Assembly (NCBI GenBank): GCA_051294375.1
Contig: CM119270.1
Location: 6,272,162-6,336,161 of the forward strand
DNA length: 64,000 bases
Reading direction: 5' to 3'
Origin: Paraspadella gotoi
Taxonomy: Eukaryota; Animalia; Chaetognatha
A program made the position numbers and the translations under genes. Positions 13,517-27,434 of the stretch are shown piece after piece. The notes below the pieces were generated by a model, which saw nothing but the letters and a program-made list of their open reading frames with translations, did not search any database and had not been told where the DNA came from. Position 1 is the stretch's first letter, and each line of letters begins with the position of its first letter.

Positions 13517-15924
13517 GATTGATAACGACTGTCGCTTGCCATAACTTTTTTTCCCCCGGCCTATACTTTCATGAGGTTCGAATTCCATATTGGTGATGGC
13601 TTTCAACCGCAGACGACGACGACGACGACGACAAACCGCAGCGACGACATCGTCGGTTCTACGACGGGGAGACAAAAGACGATAAAAAGATTCTTTTTTC
13701 TCTACTTTCCATTTCTTCTTCGCAATATTAAAAAACCTAAAAAAGAGAAATAAATTCATCTGATATCAATTCTTTTCTTCTTTCGTCGCGGTCTTTTTTT
13801 TTTTTGGAGATATCGTGCGGATCCTCTCGGACGTCATTGCATTGGTCCGCTCGCCGTTTCCGGTCCCATTGCGGTCGCGTCATGGACGTACTCGATAAAT
13901 AAAACATTTGAAAAATTTACAATAGGGAACCAAGTGTGAGAGAGAGACGATGAAGGAGATGAGAGGAGAGATGACGAGGAGAGATGATGGAAGAGAGGAG
14001 AGAGAGAAGAGGGAGAGACGAGGAGAGAGAGAAAGGGGAGAGAGACAGAGAGGGAGAGAGAGAGGAGAGGTCAAGGATCTGAAACCAAAGAGAGCGTGAT
14101 CGGGAGACCAAATACCAACATATGCATAATAGAGTGCCGACAGACCTGGTTTAGAGTCAGAGAGTGAGAGCGATCATGAGACCGGACTGAGAGATATGCG
14201 GTTAGCAGACGAGCCGAGCCCCGAGAGGGGCACTGGAGATCGATTGACGACTCACGACGAGACCACACCCCACCCTTCTTCCGTTTATGTACCCAGCCTC
14301 AGTGTTACAGATAATATCGCGAGGGAAATTTTCTCGCGATCGAGGTAGAGAGAAATTATGTCTGTAGACCGAGAGAGGATAGACGAGAGACCGTGGACAC
14401 GAGATTATCGAGATTTATCGGAGAGAGAGAGAGATCGACGGAGGAGGAAATTTCGAATCTTAGACGCGCGAGTCGAACGTCGTCGTCGTCGTCGTGCGTC
14501 CATCGTCGTCATCGTCGTCGTCCGTTCGTCTGTGATTGCGTTGTTACCATCATAGTCGTCGGAGGAAAGAGAAAAAGGAGGAAAAGGAAGGAAAGAGAAA
14601 GGCGGAAATCTACGGTGGAAAAAGGGGGCGTTGAAAATCGTTATCCGAAATAATTCATACCTCGTCGGGAGTCCCGCCAAGGAACGACTCTCTCTCTCTC
14701 TNNNNNNNNNNNNNNNNNNNNNNNNNNNNNNNNNNNNNNNNNNNNNNNNNNNNNNNNNNNNNNNNNNNNNNNNNNNNNNNNNNNNNNNNNNNNNNNNNNN
14801 NNNNNNNNNNNNNNNNNNNNNNNNNNNNNNNNNNNNNNNNNNNNNNNNNNNNNNNNNNNNNNNNNNNNNNNNNNNNNNNNNNNNNNNGCGGCGGCGGCGG
14901 CGGCGGCGGCGATAAAAAGAAATCTTTGAGAATTCTGTCATTGAAAACCGATTAGAGAAGAACGTGTGGTCCCGAAGGGGGAGAGGGTTGGGAAAGAAAG
15001 AATCAAAAAAGAAAAGAGAAGAAAGTAAAGGAAAGAAAAAGAAAGGATTAGAAGTCACGTAANNNNNNNNNNCATTTAAGTAATTTGACTTAATTACAGA
15101 AAACGAAGCAGATGATAAAAGATGTTTATGTTTTCTCTTCTCGAACAACAACAACAACAACAANNNNNNNNNNNNNNNNNNNNNNNNNNNNNNNNNNNNN
15201 NNNNNNNNNNNNNNNNNNNNNNNNNNNNNNNNNNNNNNNNNNNNNNNNNNNNNNNNNNNNNNNNNNNNNNNNNNNNNNNNNNNNNNNNNNNNNNNNNNNN
15301 NNNNNNNNNNNNNNNNNNNNNNNNNNNNNNNNNNNNNNNNNNNNNNNNNNNNNNNNNNNNNNNNNNNNNNNNNNNNNNNNNNNNNNNNNNNNNNNNNNNN
15401 NNNNNNNNNNNNNNNNNNNNNNNATTATCGCGATTTTCTCGCGTCGATTTTCTTCCGAATTTCGATTTCGTCGACGGAATTCGGAATTAGACGCGCGAGT
15501 CTGACGTCGTCGTCGTCGTCGTCGTCGCCATCGTCGTCATCGTCGTCGTCGTGGTCTTTTTCGTTGTTACCATCATAGTCGTCATCATCGTCGTCGTTGA
15601 CGCCCGCCCCGATGTCAATGTTGTGATTTGTGGAAGTCCTTTGATTTCCTTTCGGTGCCTCTAACAGCGATTTGATTGATCGCATCAATTAGTTTAAAAC
15701 ACGTTCTTTATCGATTGATTTATTAAATAAGTTTTTACTATTTTTTTTTATCTGATAAGTATATCTAACGAACCCTAAATTAACCATAAAAACTTAAACT
15801 AAAGGCGTTATTTTACATATTTCAAATTCATTAAATATCACACAACAACACGAAGCCGTTTTATTTAATTTTTACACCATACTTTATGTGTAAATTCTTT
15901 TTTTTGTGTGTGTTTGTATATTAA

Positions 15925-16074
15925 AGAGACAGTTTGAGTAATTTTGCAACAATTTAATCTAATAATGGAAGAACATGTTTCGGTTCAAATTCGAGCCTTC
16001 ATTAGCGCCAAATTATTTTTGTGAATTTATTTATTAAATTAAATTGTTGTTGCAAAATTACTCAAACTGTCTCT
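15925..16074. mobile_element. 150-bp MITE with TTAA target-site duplication (Kolobok/T2-type termini)
   Basis: TTAA at 15921-15924 and 16075-16078; perfect 28-bp terminal inverted repeat AGAGACAGTTTGAGTAATTTTGCAACAA / TTGTTGCAAAATTACTCAAACTGTCTCT, extending further after a 3-nt indel. Termini are 5'-AG rather than piggyBac CC[CT], which fits Kolobok/T2 MITEs. No coding capacity. Confidence 0.75.
15961..16017 (-). ncRNA. Degenerate minimal hammerhead-ribozyme-like motif inside the MITE
   Basis: Minus strand reads AATAATTTGGCG-CTAATGA-A-GGCTC-GAATTT-GAACC-GAAA-CATGT-T-CTTCCATTATT: CUGAUGA-like box with G5>A, stem II with one mismatch, GAAA box, palindromic ACAUGU stem III and an imperfect stem I. 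Confidence 0.35.
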
Positions 16075-16243
16075 TTAATACACTATTCTTATAAAGGTTT
16101 AAAAATCCAGCCTCATTTCATTTAATTCCGCGTCACCATAAACTCAGCCTCACCAGAAATTCCTCTCCCTCTCCCCGCGGATGAGATTAAACAACGTGTC
16201 AGAGGTTCCTCGGTGCCGCTGTCACGGTCCTAGGTCGGGATAC

Positions 16244-16275
<32 letters not shown>

Positions 16276-17591
16276 NNNNNNNNNNNNNNNNNNNNNNNNN
16301 NNNNNNNNNNNNNNNNNNNNNNNNNNNNNNNNNNNNNNNNNNNNNNNNNNNNNNNNNNNNNNNNNNNNNNNNNNNNNNNNNNNNNNNNNNNNNNNNNNNN
16401 NNNNNNNNNNNNNNNNNNNNNNNNNNNNNNNNNNNNNNNNNNNNNNNNNNNNNNNNNNNNNNNNNNNNNNNNNNNNNNNNNNNNNNNNNNNNNNNNNNNN
16501 NNCTCTCCGTCCGGATGTAATTTGAAATTTTTTTGATTAATGAAGGATTAACGTTCAGCCCCCGTATGTAATTTAATTAAAAAAGGCGGGATTTCTGTCT
16601 CTCATGCTCTCGCTCTCGCTCTCGCTTTCTCTTTATCACGCCATCTCTCTCTATTCGCTCTCTCTCGCAGCCGTCCCTCGACGTCTCTTTCTCTCTCTGT
16701 CTCACTCGTTGACGGATTAATTCGATGTCGTAACCTCGTTTGAATAAAACGCGATGGTCNNNNNNNNNNNNNNNNNNNNNNNNNNNNNNNNNNNNNNNNN
16801 NNNNNNNNNNNNNNNNNNNNNNNNNNNNNNNNNNNNNNNNNNNNNNNNNNNNNNNNNNNNNNNNNNNNNNNNNNNNNNNNNNNNNNNNNNNNNNNNNNNN
16901 NNNNNNNNNNNNNNNNNNNNNNNNNNNNNNNNNNNNNNNNNNNNNNNNNNNNNNNNNNNNNNNNNNNNNNNNNNNNNNNNNNNNNNNNNNTCACTTTTCC
17001 CAAGATTTGACTCGGGACCTGTGACGTCCGTTTTGACGTAATTCGTCGTAATTTGACGTAATTTTGACGTCGAGGTTAGAAGGTCGAAAAATCGTTTCAC
17101 GGTTCTCTTAGTTTTAGAGAAGACCAATGCATACTGATGCGCTGCGGTGTCGGCAGCGGCGGCGGCAGCGGCGGCGGCAGCTTTTTGCATGAAGTCAAAA
17201 AACTGAATCAATTCATTAAATTTGTTTTTATTCAAAATTTGGAATTTATTATTTCATTCATGCATTTAGGTATTTAAAAATTTCTTTATTAATTGAGTGG
17301 TCATTAATTCAATTCCTCAGCTCTTATTTTTTTTAAATTTATTGTTTAATTCGTTCATTAATTTGTTCATTGATTCATTTCATCACTCGTTGGTTAATTA
17401 AACTATTCAATTCCTTTTCTTTTCATTATATATATATAATACTTTTTATTATTTTCTTTCATTCCTTCCTTTCCTTTCCTCCCTCGATCCCTTCCTCTCT
17501 TTTCTTTCCTCCCTCTCCCGCGTCCATCATCGCTGGCGCCATTCTCACTTCCGGTTTCGCGAAGAATCGGCGCCTAATTAGCGACGAAGGC

Positions 17592-17629
<38 letters not shown>

Positions 17630-19407
17630 CGACGACGGCGCTAATCGAGGAGATATCTATTCCTTGCGCGTAACACGTCGGGTTTTGAAAGCGAGAGAGA
17701 GAGAGAGNNNNNNNNNNNNNNNNNNNNNNNNNNNNNNNNNNNNNNNNNNNNNNNNNNNNNNNNNNNNNNNNNNNNNNNNNNNNNNNNNNNNNNNNNNNNN
17801 NNNNNNNNNNNNNNNNNNNNNNNNNNNNNNNNNNNNNNNNNNNNNNNNNNNNNNNNNNNNNNNNNNNNNNNNNNNNNNNNNNNNNNNNNNNNNNNNNNNN
17901 NNNNNNNNNNNNNNNNNNNNNNNNNNNNNNNNNNNNNNNNNNNNNNNNNNNNNNNNNNNNNNNNNNNNNNNNNNNNNAGAGAGAGAGAGACAGGAAGAGA
18001 GAGGGAGAGACTGAGAGAGAGCGAGACGATTTATTTTAATGTAACCAATGATTTTCTTTCGTGTTGCGTCATGAATAAAATATCCCCTTGTCCGGTATTT
18101 TCTCTCTCTCTCTCTCTCTCTCTCTNNNNNNNNNNNNNNNNNNNNNNNNNNNNNNNNNNNNNNNNNNNNNNNNNNNNNNNNNNNNNNNNNNNNNNNNNNN
18201 NNNNNNNNNNNNNNNNNNNNNNNNNNNNNNNNNNNNNNNNNNNCCCCTCCCTCTCCCTTCAGTCTCGTCTTTTCGCCGCCAACGCTTCGACGCAGAGAGC
18301 AGTTTTAATCGTTTCCTCTTCAAATATGCAAATGAGTTTTTTGAAACAATTTGGTCTCAGTCTCAACTCTCCATCATTTCTGTCACTTCTCTCATTTCGC
18401 TTCTCACTTCTCGCGTTCGTCTCCGCTTTGTGTCACCTCTTCCTTTTTTAGATTATTATTTTTCACGGTGCTCTTTATTTTGGAAACTTTTTAACTTTCA
18501 TGATTCCCTTCATCTAACTGCTTAATTGAAGTCGTCTTTAATATCTCAAATCTATAGGGACCTCCCTCATATTTTTATCCCATCCTTATTTCTGACCATA
18601 GTACTCGGTGACTGAGAAAACGGGTGAAACTCCAATCACTCACGGGACAGAGTTTTCACAGAAAAAGAAAGGAAAAGAAAAGAAAGAAAATGAAAAGAAA
18701 GAAAAATAGGAAAACGTAATCGGCGAAGGAAAAACTCAAGATTCTGAAACAAACCCAATTTATCAAAGACAGAGTAAGAGAGAGAGAGAGGTTCAACCTG
18801 TCTCCTGATTGGTCAGAATTACGAAAACAATCGTCCCGATCATTCGCCGGTTATTTTTATAAAGTAATTTTGATAAGCGAAAATCTTTCATAATTTTTTT
18901 GAGGTCATCAGTTTGAATTCTTACGTTGTTATTCGGTTGAGTTTAAAGTAAACCGAAGCCACGATTGGTCGCAAGAATTTGAACCAAACGCTGATTAGCT
19001 AAAAGTTCAGACGACGTTGAAACGAGAAACAANNNNNNNNNNNNNNNNNNNNNNNNNNNNNNNNNNNNNNNNNNNNNNNNNNNNNNNNNNNNNNNNNNNN
19101 NNNNNNNNNNNNNNNNNNNNNNNNNNNNNNNNNNNNNNNNNNNNNNNNNNNNNNNNNNNNNNNNNNNNNNNNNNNNNNNNNNNNNNNNNNNNNNNNNNNN
19201 NNNNNNNNNNNNNNNNNNNNNNNNNNNNNNNNNNNNNNNNNNNNNNNNNNNNNNNNNNNNNNNNNNNNNNNNNNNNNNNNNNNNNNNNNNNNNNNNNNNN
19301 NNNNNNNNNNNNNNNNNNTTGTGTGAGTGGCAAGAAAGGTTGAAGAGAAGATAGACCAAATGAGTTGGATATGGAAGATTTGAGTAATGATATTTAATAA
19401 GAAAAGT

Positions 19408-19558
19408 GATAATAAGAGAGGTAAAAAATATAGAAGATTAAATTTATAAAAAAATGAATCATAAAAAATTAACAGAATTATTAAAATGATTTATATTTTT
19501 TTTTCACAACTATGTCCCTCATTTCAGTCTCATATTACCAATGTGTTAAATGGGAAAG

Positions 19559-19595
<37 letters not shown>

Positions 19596-19830
19596 NNNNN
19601 NNNNNNNNNNNNNNNNNNNNGATAATAATTAGAGGTAAAAAAATATAGAAATTAATTTATAAAAAAATGAATCATAAAAAATTTAACAGAATTTATGTAA
19701 AATGATTTTATATTTTTTTTTCACAACTATTGTCCCTCATTCAGTTCATATACCAATGTGTTAAATGGGAAAGCTGTCTCTTCTCTCTCTCCTCTCTCTC
19801 TCTCTCATCTCCTCTCCTCTCTCTCTCTCT
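19408..19830 (+). repeat. Direct duplication of about 190 bp across a 25-N gap (19408-19595 vs 19621-about 19830)
   Basis: GATAATAA..GAGGTAAAAA...ATACCAATGTGTTAAATGGGAAAGCTGTCTCT occurs on both sides of the gap. Confidence 0.85.
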
Positions 19831-20011
19831 CTCTCTCTCGTCTCAAAACCTTCGCTCTTCAAAAACAGTCCCGCTCATCTCTGATTCCACGGCGTTCGTC
19901 TCTCGCATCCACGCATTTGATTTATATAATTTCGAGAGAGAGAGAAGAAAGGAAAGACGAGAGAGAGAGGGAGAGAGAGAGAGGAGAGAGAGAGAGAGGA
20001 GAGAGAGAGAG

Positions 20012-20046
<35 letters not shown>

Positions 20047-20829
20047 GTTGCCGGTCCACTTTGCGTTTTTGCTACCGAGAGGCTAAAAACACGTTGACGT
20101 CGTCGTCGTCGTTGTCGTCGTCGTCGTCGTCGTCAGTGTCGTCGTCATTGTCGTCGTTATCGCCAACGAGCAGGAAAATGCTTAAAGAGCGAGTTAATGA
20201 ATTTAATTTAATGAATTCCATGAATTCATCTCTCTCTCTTTTTTTTTAATGTTTTCTGTTAATTTTGGAAATTTGAAACCGAAATTGAAGACTAACGATT
20301 TTTTTTCCCAACCGTAATGAGACTTTACGATTTTTTTTTCTGTGTAAACAAAATTAATCGAAAATGGCGAAAATTTCGTTTAAAAAAAAACTTTTGCGTC
20401 TCATTATTTTTTTTTGTCGGCTGTAGTCGAAATTCGTTCGAAAGGAATTTTTTGAAATTGAATTATTATTAACGATTTTAATTTTTAAAAGGTGAAGATT
20501 ATCTTTAATAAGAAGAAGATATTTGTTTATTTACTTTTGAAAAGTTAAATTTAATACGAGTTTATTTTCTTTTTTTTTCATACTTCTTTCTCTCTCTCTT
20601 ATTTTTCATCTCTCCGTATTTTTCATTATCTCTTTCCATTTCTCTTCCATCTTTTCTTTTTCCATTTCTTCCTTCCCTCAATCAATCATAAAATTGAGAC
20701 GTTTTTTTGAAATCCTCAGACTTCATTTTCTTTTGGCAAAAATCCATCAGCAGAACGTGAAATAGTTTTGTTGTTGCGCGAGATCCAGGATTGCCGGGGT
20801 GTTTATCTACTCTCTCTCTCTCTCTCATG

Positions 20830-20860
<31 letters not shown>

Positions 20861-23800
20861 GCTCTCTCCCTCTCTCTCTCTCTTCTCTCCCTCTCTCTCT
20901 CTCATTTGTTTTTCAATAACCTGGTGTTAACGAAATTGAAGCCACATATAAGTTGTTTAATTTAACATTTTTTCATATAAGTTTAAAGCTGCTGCTACAA
21001 TCAGATACATGAAAATACATAACACTAAAGGGGCTTGCCTTATCGCCTATTTCTTACCGAAAGCTGTTGCTCCCTTCGCCCGTTTCCGCTTGATCTTTCC
21101 GCCCACCCATTCCTCCTAAAACGCCCTCACCCTGGCCTGCCCCCGCCCGCCCTCTTTCGGGCGCGCCTGATGCCTGATGGCTCTTCGTCTTTTATTGGTC
21201 GTAAAGTCACCGATTAAAACAAAAGACTCTTTCGGTCGATGAAGGGGAACATCATTAAACGCGGTTGGATGGTGGAGGGGGTGGCAGAAAATGGGGTGGG
21301 AGTGGAAGGTGGAAAGGTGGGTAAAAACAAAAAGGCGCGGAAACGTTCGGTTGAGTCACGAGGGTGTTGGTCACTCTAGGGTGATCCCTTGGCAGGTGCT
21401 AAACTAAATTGAACTAAACTGCTCGCAGAATCCATGGTAATGAGATGTTTTAATCGTTTAAGATTATAATACAGATTCATGCTTGCGTAAACAAACAATT
21501 GTTACAGTAAAATATTAAGTATAACAAGACAGAGACATCTGAAAAGTTTAAATGATTAAATGATAAAATTTTGAATCGAATTTCCTTCGTTTTCTCTCTC
21601 CGATTGTAATTTTCTACTTTTCTTCTTTCTATTTAGTTTTCGTTACTCCTTATTTCTTTTGCTTTCCTTATTTTCCTTTCCTTCTGGTTCTTATTCCTCT
21701 CTTTTTCTTTCTTTATTTCTGTCTTTCCCTCTTTATTTCTTTTCTTTTCCACCCCGCCTTTAGTTTCTATCTTTCCTTCCTCTCTTAGGGAGGAATCCCT
21801 CTTTCCTTTTCTCTTTTCCTCTCTTTGTCCCGATTCCCGTCGAAAAAGGATGGTCCTTCATCTTTGACTGACCTTTTCACGTCGACGTCGAGAGCTCGGC
21901 GGTTTTCCCTATTCCCTTCCCTTCCTCCTGTTCCCTTCCTCCTCCCTTCTTCTCCTCACCTCAACCTCCCCCAATCCCCTCCCCCCCTTTCCCGTCTCGC
22001 CTTTCCTCGGAACGACATTTACAATAAATGTAAATTCCCTTTGAGCCCTCCGCCGAAAGATGTGTACCCTCGTTAGACGGAGCTCTTCGGCTTTTCAACG
22101 GCTTTCATCGGTCGACATGGAAACGAGAAGCTAGTGGACGTGGGGAGAGCGAGAAAGAGGGGGAGAGGGAGAGGGAGAGAGAGGGAGAGGCGAGAAATGG
22201 CGGGAAAAAAAGAGGACAAGAGGAGGAAAAAGGGGAAAGGAAGGCGAAAGGAAGGAAAGGAGATTATGGGAATACGGTGGAAGGAGACGCGAGGCGATGC
22301 GAAGGGGGGCGTCGGCATCGCCACTTGCGATCCCGCACCTGTTCGGAGTTCTTGCATCGAGCAGATGTTGGACCATGGCGGAAATAAAGAAAAAGAGGAA
22401 AAGCCAAGAGATGAGAGAGAAATTATCGATACAGATATAGATATAGGGATAAATATCGATACAGAACATTAAAGGGAGGTAAGGTAAGGTAAGGTAAGGA
22501 AGGTAAGAAATAAAATTAGGATCAAAGATATAATAGCAACNNNNNNNNNNNNNNNNNNNNNNNNNNNNNNNNNNNNNNNNNNNNNNNNNNNNNNNNNNNN
22601 NNNNNNNNNNNNNNNNNNNNNNNNNNNNNNNNNNNNNNNNNNNNNNNNNNNNNNNNNNNNNNNNNNNNNNNNNNNNNNNNNNNNNNNNNNNNNNNNNNNN
22701 NNNNNNNNNNNNNNNNNNNNNNNNNNNNNNNNNNNNNNNNNNNNNNNNNNNNNNNNNNNNNNNNNNNNNNNNNNNNNNNNNNNNNNNNNNNNNNNNNNNN
22801 NNNNNNNNNNNNNNNNNNNNNNNNNNNNNNNNNNNNNNNNNNNNNNNNNNNNNNNNNNNNNNNNNNNNNNNNNNNNNNNNNNNNNNNNNNNNNNNNNNNN
22901 NNNNNNNNNNNNNNNNNNNNNNNNNNNNNNNNNNNNNNNNNNNNNNNNNNNNNNNNNNNNNNNNNNNNNNNNNNNNNNNNNNNNNNNNNNNNNNNNNNNN
23001 NNNNNNNNNNNNNNNNNNNNNNNNNNNNNNNNNNNNNNNNNNNNNNNNNNNNNNNNNNNNNNNNNNNNNNNNNNNNNNNNNNNNNNNNNNNNNNNNNNNN
23101 NNNNNNNNNNNNNNNNNNNNNNNNNNNNNNNNNNNNNNNNNNNNNNNNNNNNNNNNNNNNNAGAGAGAGATGAGAACTTGGAATCTGTTTTCTTATTTAA
23201 CCCGAAATTGTGCGATCCATTTTAGATTAGGAGGAGGCTGTGGCGGGTTTGCCTTTCGCGTCGGAAGGAAGCGACGATGTCTTCGGCGTCGTTTCCATTT
23301 TGTTTTTCGACGAAATTGTGGCGGTGACAATGATAATGAAAATCTACCTTTGTCCCTTTCTTTGTATCGTTGTTTTAGATATTAGTCCCTTGTCCTTTGT
23401 CCCTTTCTTTGTATCGTTGTCTTAGATATTAGATCGTTTGATAATATAAATTTCAAAGACGGCTTAAAATGTTTTGCATATTGCAGTAACTAAATATTTA
23501 CTCAATTTGTGGTTTTAACGATTATTTATATGCATCGTTAGCCAAATATGCCCAGTTTTTTGAAAAAAGATTAAAAGAAATTCAAAATTGCCTTGTGAAA
23601 TGTGAATAAAAATTTGATATTACGAGAAGGAACACAAAAAAGTTAGAAACAAAGCAAAATATTCAACTAATTGACATATATTACAAGTAAGACTGGTTGT
23701 CAGAGTATTTGACGTTCGTGGCGCCAACGTGTGCGTCACGTTTATTTGAGAGGCATATAATTATGCCGTATAGGATACGAAAAAGTTAATGTAACTCTTA

Positions 23801-24123
23801 CGCCTACTCTTATTTATTGCGCGTCATTTTGTATCGCCGTTTAACACTGAAATGCGGATTTGAGAAGAGAACTATCAAATAACTCCAAGAAGTTACTACT
23901 CTATAGTGACAGTCAATTTATTAACATAAAGAAAAGGAGAAGAAAATATAAATTCAATACTGTATAAAAAAGATTCTTCTTCGAAAAAGAAAAATTTTTT
24001 TCCAAAATTAATTTCCTCTTTTTCTTCGCGAGTTTTTTTGGCCGCTTCTTCGAAAGCAGAAGAAGAGGGTTTCCAATGAATGTCATTTCAAAGTTTTTGT
24101 CTTTAAATCAGATGAAAAAAAGT

Positions 24124-24229
<106 letters not shown>

Positions 24230-24783
24230 CTCCAACCTCGCTCTGCCGAAATTTCGTCATCAAGTTCTCTTTTCTATTTTGAAATTCATTGTTTTGATTC
24301 TCTGTTTTGATCTGAACCCAAGAAGCGAGAAAAGAACGGACGGAATCTCGAATTCCAAATGTCAGCGAAAAAAAAGAAATGAAAGAAAGAAAGAAAGAGA
24401 GAAAGTAAGAAAGAAAGAAAGAAATGAAGGAAAGAAAGAAATGAAAGAAATGAAGGAAAGAAAGAAATGAAAGAAATACAAAAAGAAAGAAAGAAAGAAA
24501 GAAATGAAAAAAAGAAAGAAAGAAAGAAAGAAAAACCAAATAATTTTCAAAAAATAATAGAAAAAAACTTAATCTATTTCTTTTCTCCTATATTTTTCCT
24601 CCATGCTTTCTTCGAAACAGGTAAGTGATCTAATGGAATCTAATAAAACGTAACGTAAAGAGGATTGGTGTTGTGATATGCCTGCTCACTTAATTTAAAA
24701 TGATTGAATTAATGTATATTGTATTGTGTATTATTTATTAAGCTAAACCTTTCTCAGTCAAAAAGTTTCTATTTTAACAGACA

Positions 24784-24822
<39 letters not shown>

Positions 24823-26055
24823 AAAGCCCCATCAATTTCGGCGCAAAGGGTGACAACCAGGCGGTCCTTCCGCTTCCCGCCAGAGTCGCTTCCCGCTTTT
24901 GCCGCTGTCCCTGTCCGGTCTCCGCCGCTTTCCTGTTCCCTTGCCGCTTCCGCCTCGCCGGCTGCTCGGCTCATTACGGCGCCGAAACAGGAAATTGATG
25001 GAAAATTTCGAGTCGTACAAAAAACAAAAGAACGACTTTCGAAAGACGGAGAATTGAAGGGGGGGAGAGATGAGGGGTGTGGAAAGGAAGGCGATTGCCC
25101 AATGATGGGCACTTGGGGGGTGGCGATATGATGAAGAGATCGCGGAGGGAAGGGCGAGAAGGTGGAAAGGAGGAAAAAAGAAGGATTGAGGGAAAGGCAG
25201 GGAAAGAGAGAAGAATAGGGAAGGGAGGCAGTGAAAATATAAAGGAATTTGGAAAAGAGTGTTGACAGTTAGTACTTGAAAAAAGCCGGAGTGTCGAAAA
25301 TTAACAACTAAATAAAGTTTGAAAGGAAAAATGTATAAGCGAAATTGTGAAAGAAAAAGAGGAGCCACTCTGCATGGATTAAAAATGTTGTCAAAAAGGT
25401 GGCCCAAAGGATAATTAAAGGCCTTGAGGTATAGAAAAACTGTAACTCTCTCTCTCTCTTCTCTCCCTGCACTTCAGCTGTCTAATTTTGTTCGTATATT
25501 TCATATGCTCGTCTTCAACTTTCCGTTCGCGTCGTGCCTCTTTCAGGATACATTTTCTCCCTTTACTGTAAAGCTTTGGTTCTTTACTAATTGAAATTAC
25601 AATCACCCAAGAAGGAAGAAATGGGATTTATGAGAAAGAGAAGTCTCTTTAAAAAATAAAACCAATAAAAGCGGCGCTCAAAAGAAAATTATCAAATAAA
25701 GAAAATAGGAAGCCAAAAAAAAAAAAGATGAGAGGAGAATAAAGAATTAAAAAAGAAGGAATACAAAAAAAAAGATGTCGAGATAAAAAAAAAGAAAAAA
25801 AAAGAGAATCCAAAGAATCTTAATCTTTTTTTTTCTTTTTTTTTTCACCGCGGGTCAAACACGTTTTCTCCGGTGAAACCTCTTTCTCTCTTCTCTCTCT
25901 TCTCTCGTCTCTCTCCTCTCTACCTCTCTCTCCTCTCTCTCTCTCTCTGCATCTCTCTCTCTCTCTCTCTCTCCTCTCTCCTCCGATTCAAATTCTGTTT
26001 TTCTCGTTTCTTTTGTTCGATTCATCGATTCATCGTTTTTATTCATTCAGATCTT

Positions 26056-26805
26056 TTATATTTTCACTCTTTCTTTTATCAATTATTAGTTGATTGTTGC
26101 TTACGTATAATTTTTTTATAATCATTATGAATTGTTTAAAAAAAGTTAAACGAAAAATCCGCTACATCAATTTCGATCGGCCACGTGCCAACATGCATCA
26201 AAGATTAAAGTTTTCACAGATTCGATATCGGTTTTCTCGCTAACCCATTAACCTTTTGAAGGTTTCTTAGAACATCGAACTTGTCTCTGCTACTAAAATA
26301 AAAATTTCTAAATAATACCGCTACATAGAGACTATATTTATCTTCTGTTTAAAACAGTATATTCAATTTTTTTTGCAAATTTAATCTAAATCATTTTCTT
26401 TTCGGTCTAAAATACATTTGAATACTTTTTCAAACGTCAAATTCTTATAACTTAAAAAAAAATGAAATCGTTTTTCACATACTTAACCACTTCATCCTAA
26501 AACTTTTCCCATTATCCCGATTCTCCCATTTTCCACTCTACCCATTTTCCCAATTCTCACTCAACATTATTTTCCATTCCCATTCCCCCATTCTCAAAAT
26601 TTCCCCTTTCTCCATTTTGCCATTTCCATTCTTCCATTTTCCCATTTCCCATTCTCCCCATTTCCCATTTCCTCTTCTCCCCATTTCCACTTCTCCAATT
26701 CTTCCCTCTCTCTCCCACAGCCTCTTCCCCTAATTCCATCTTTTTTGAAATGACTATTCCGTTGAAATATTAAACCATCGATTTGCAAGAGAGAGAGCGC
26801 AAGAT

Positions 26806-26867
<62 letters not shown>

Positions 26868-27386
26868 NNNNNNNNNNNNNNNNNNNNNNNNNTTTATATT
26901 TTCACTCTCTCTTTTATCAATTTAGTTGATTGTTCTTACGTTAATTTTTATAATCATTTATGAATGTTTAAAAAAAGTTAAACGAATTCCGCTACATTCA
27001 ATTTCATCGGCCACGTGGCCAACATGTGCATCAAAGATTAAAGTTTTTCACAGATTCGATATCGGTTTTCATCGCTAACCCATTAACCTTTTTTGAAGGT
27101 TTTCTTAGAACATCGAACTTGTCTCTGCGTACCTAAATAAAATTTGCTAAGATAATACCGCTACATAGAGACTAATATTTATCTTCTGTTTAAAAAGTAT
27201 ATTCAATTTTTTTTGCAAATTTAATCTAAATCATTTTCTTTTTCGGTCTAAATACATTTGAATACTTTTATCAAAACGTCAATTCTTAAAACTTAAAAAA
27301 AAAATGGAATCGTTTTTCACATACTTTAACCACTTCATCCTAAACTTTTCCCATTTCCCATTCTCCCCATTTTCCCATTTCCCATT
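26056..27386 (+). repeat. Direct duplication of about 490 bp (26056-26545 vs 26893-27386) flanked by 25-N gaps
   Basis: Collinear unique sequence, e.g. CACAGATTCGATATCGGTTTTC, CTTAGAACATCGAACTTGTCTCTGC and ATAATACCGCTACATAGAGACTA; differences are indel-type. Confidence 0.9.
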
Positions 27387-27434
27387 NNNNNNNNNNNNNN
27401 NNNNNNNNNNNAAGGAGAAGAGGGAGAAAAGAAA

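Noticed and set aside
13574-13586. B-box-like GGTTCGAATTCC (also minus-strand GGTTCAAACCC at about 59404-59414)
   Set aside because: No A box, cloverleaf or SINE body around either site.
16124-16215. Loose resemblance to forkhead NSIRHNLSL...KVPR (NS-RHHKLSLTR...EVPR)
   Set aside because: Needs frameshifts, lacks the preceding WK and the CF residues, and has no splice signals; likely chance.
23719-23731. TGGCGCCAACGTG resembling a tRNA-Lys primer-binding site
   Set aside because: One base short of the canonical site, not preceded by an LTR CA end, and no gag/pol remnants nearby.
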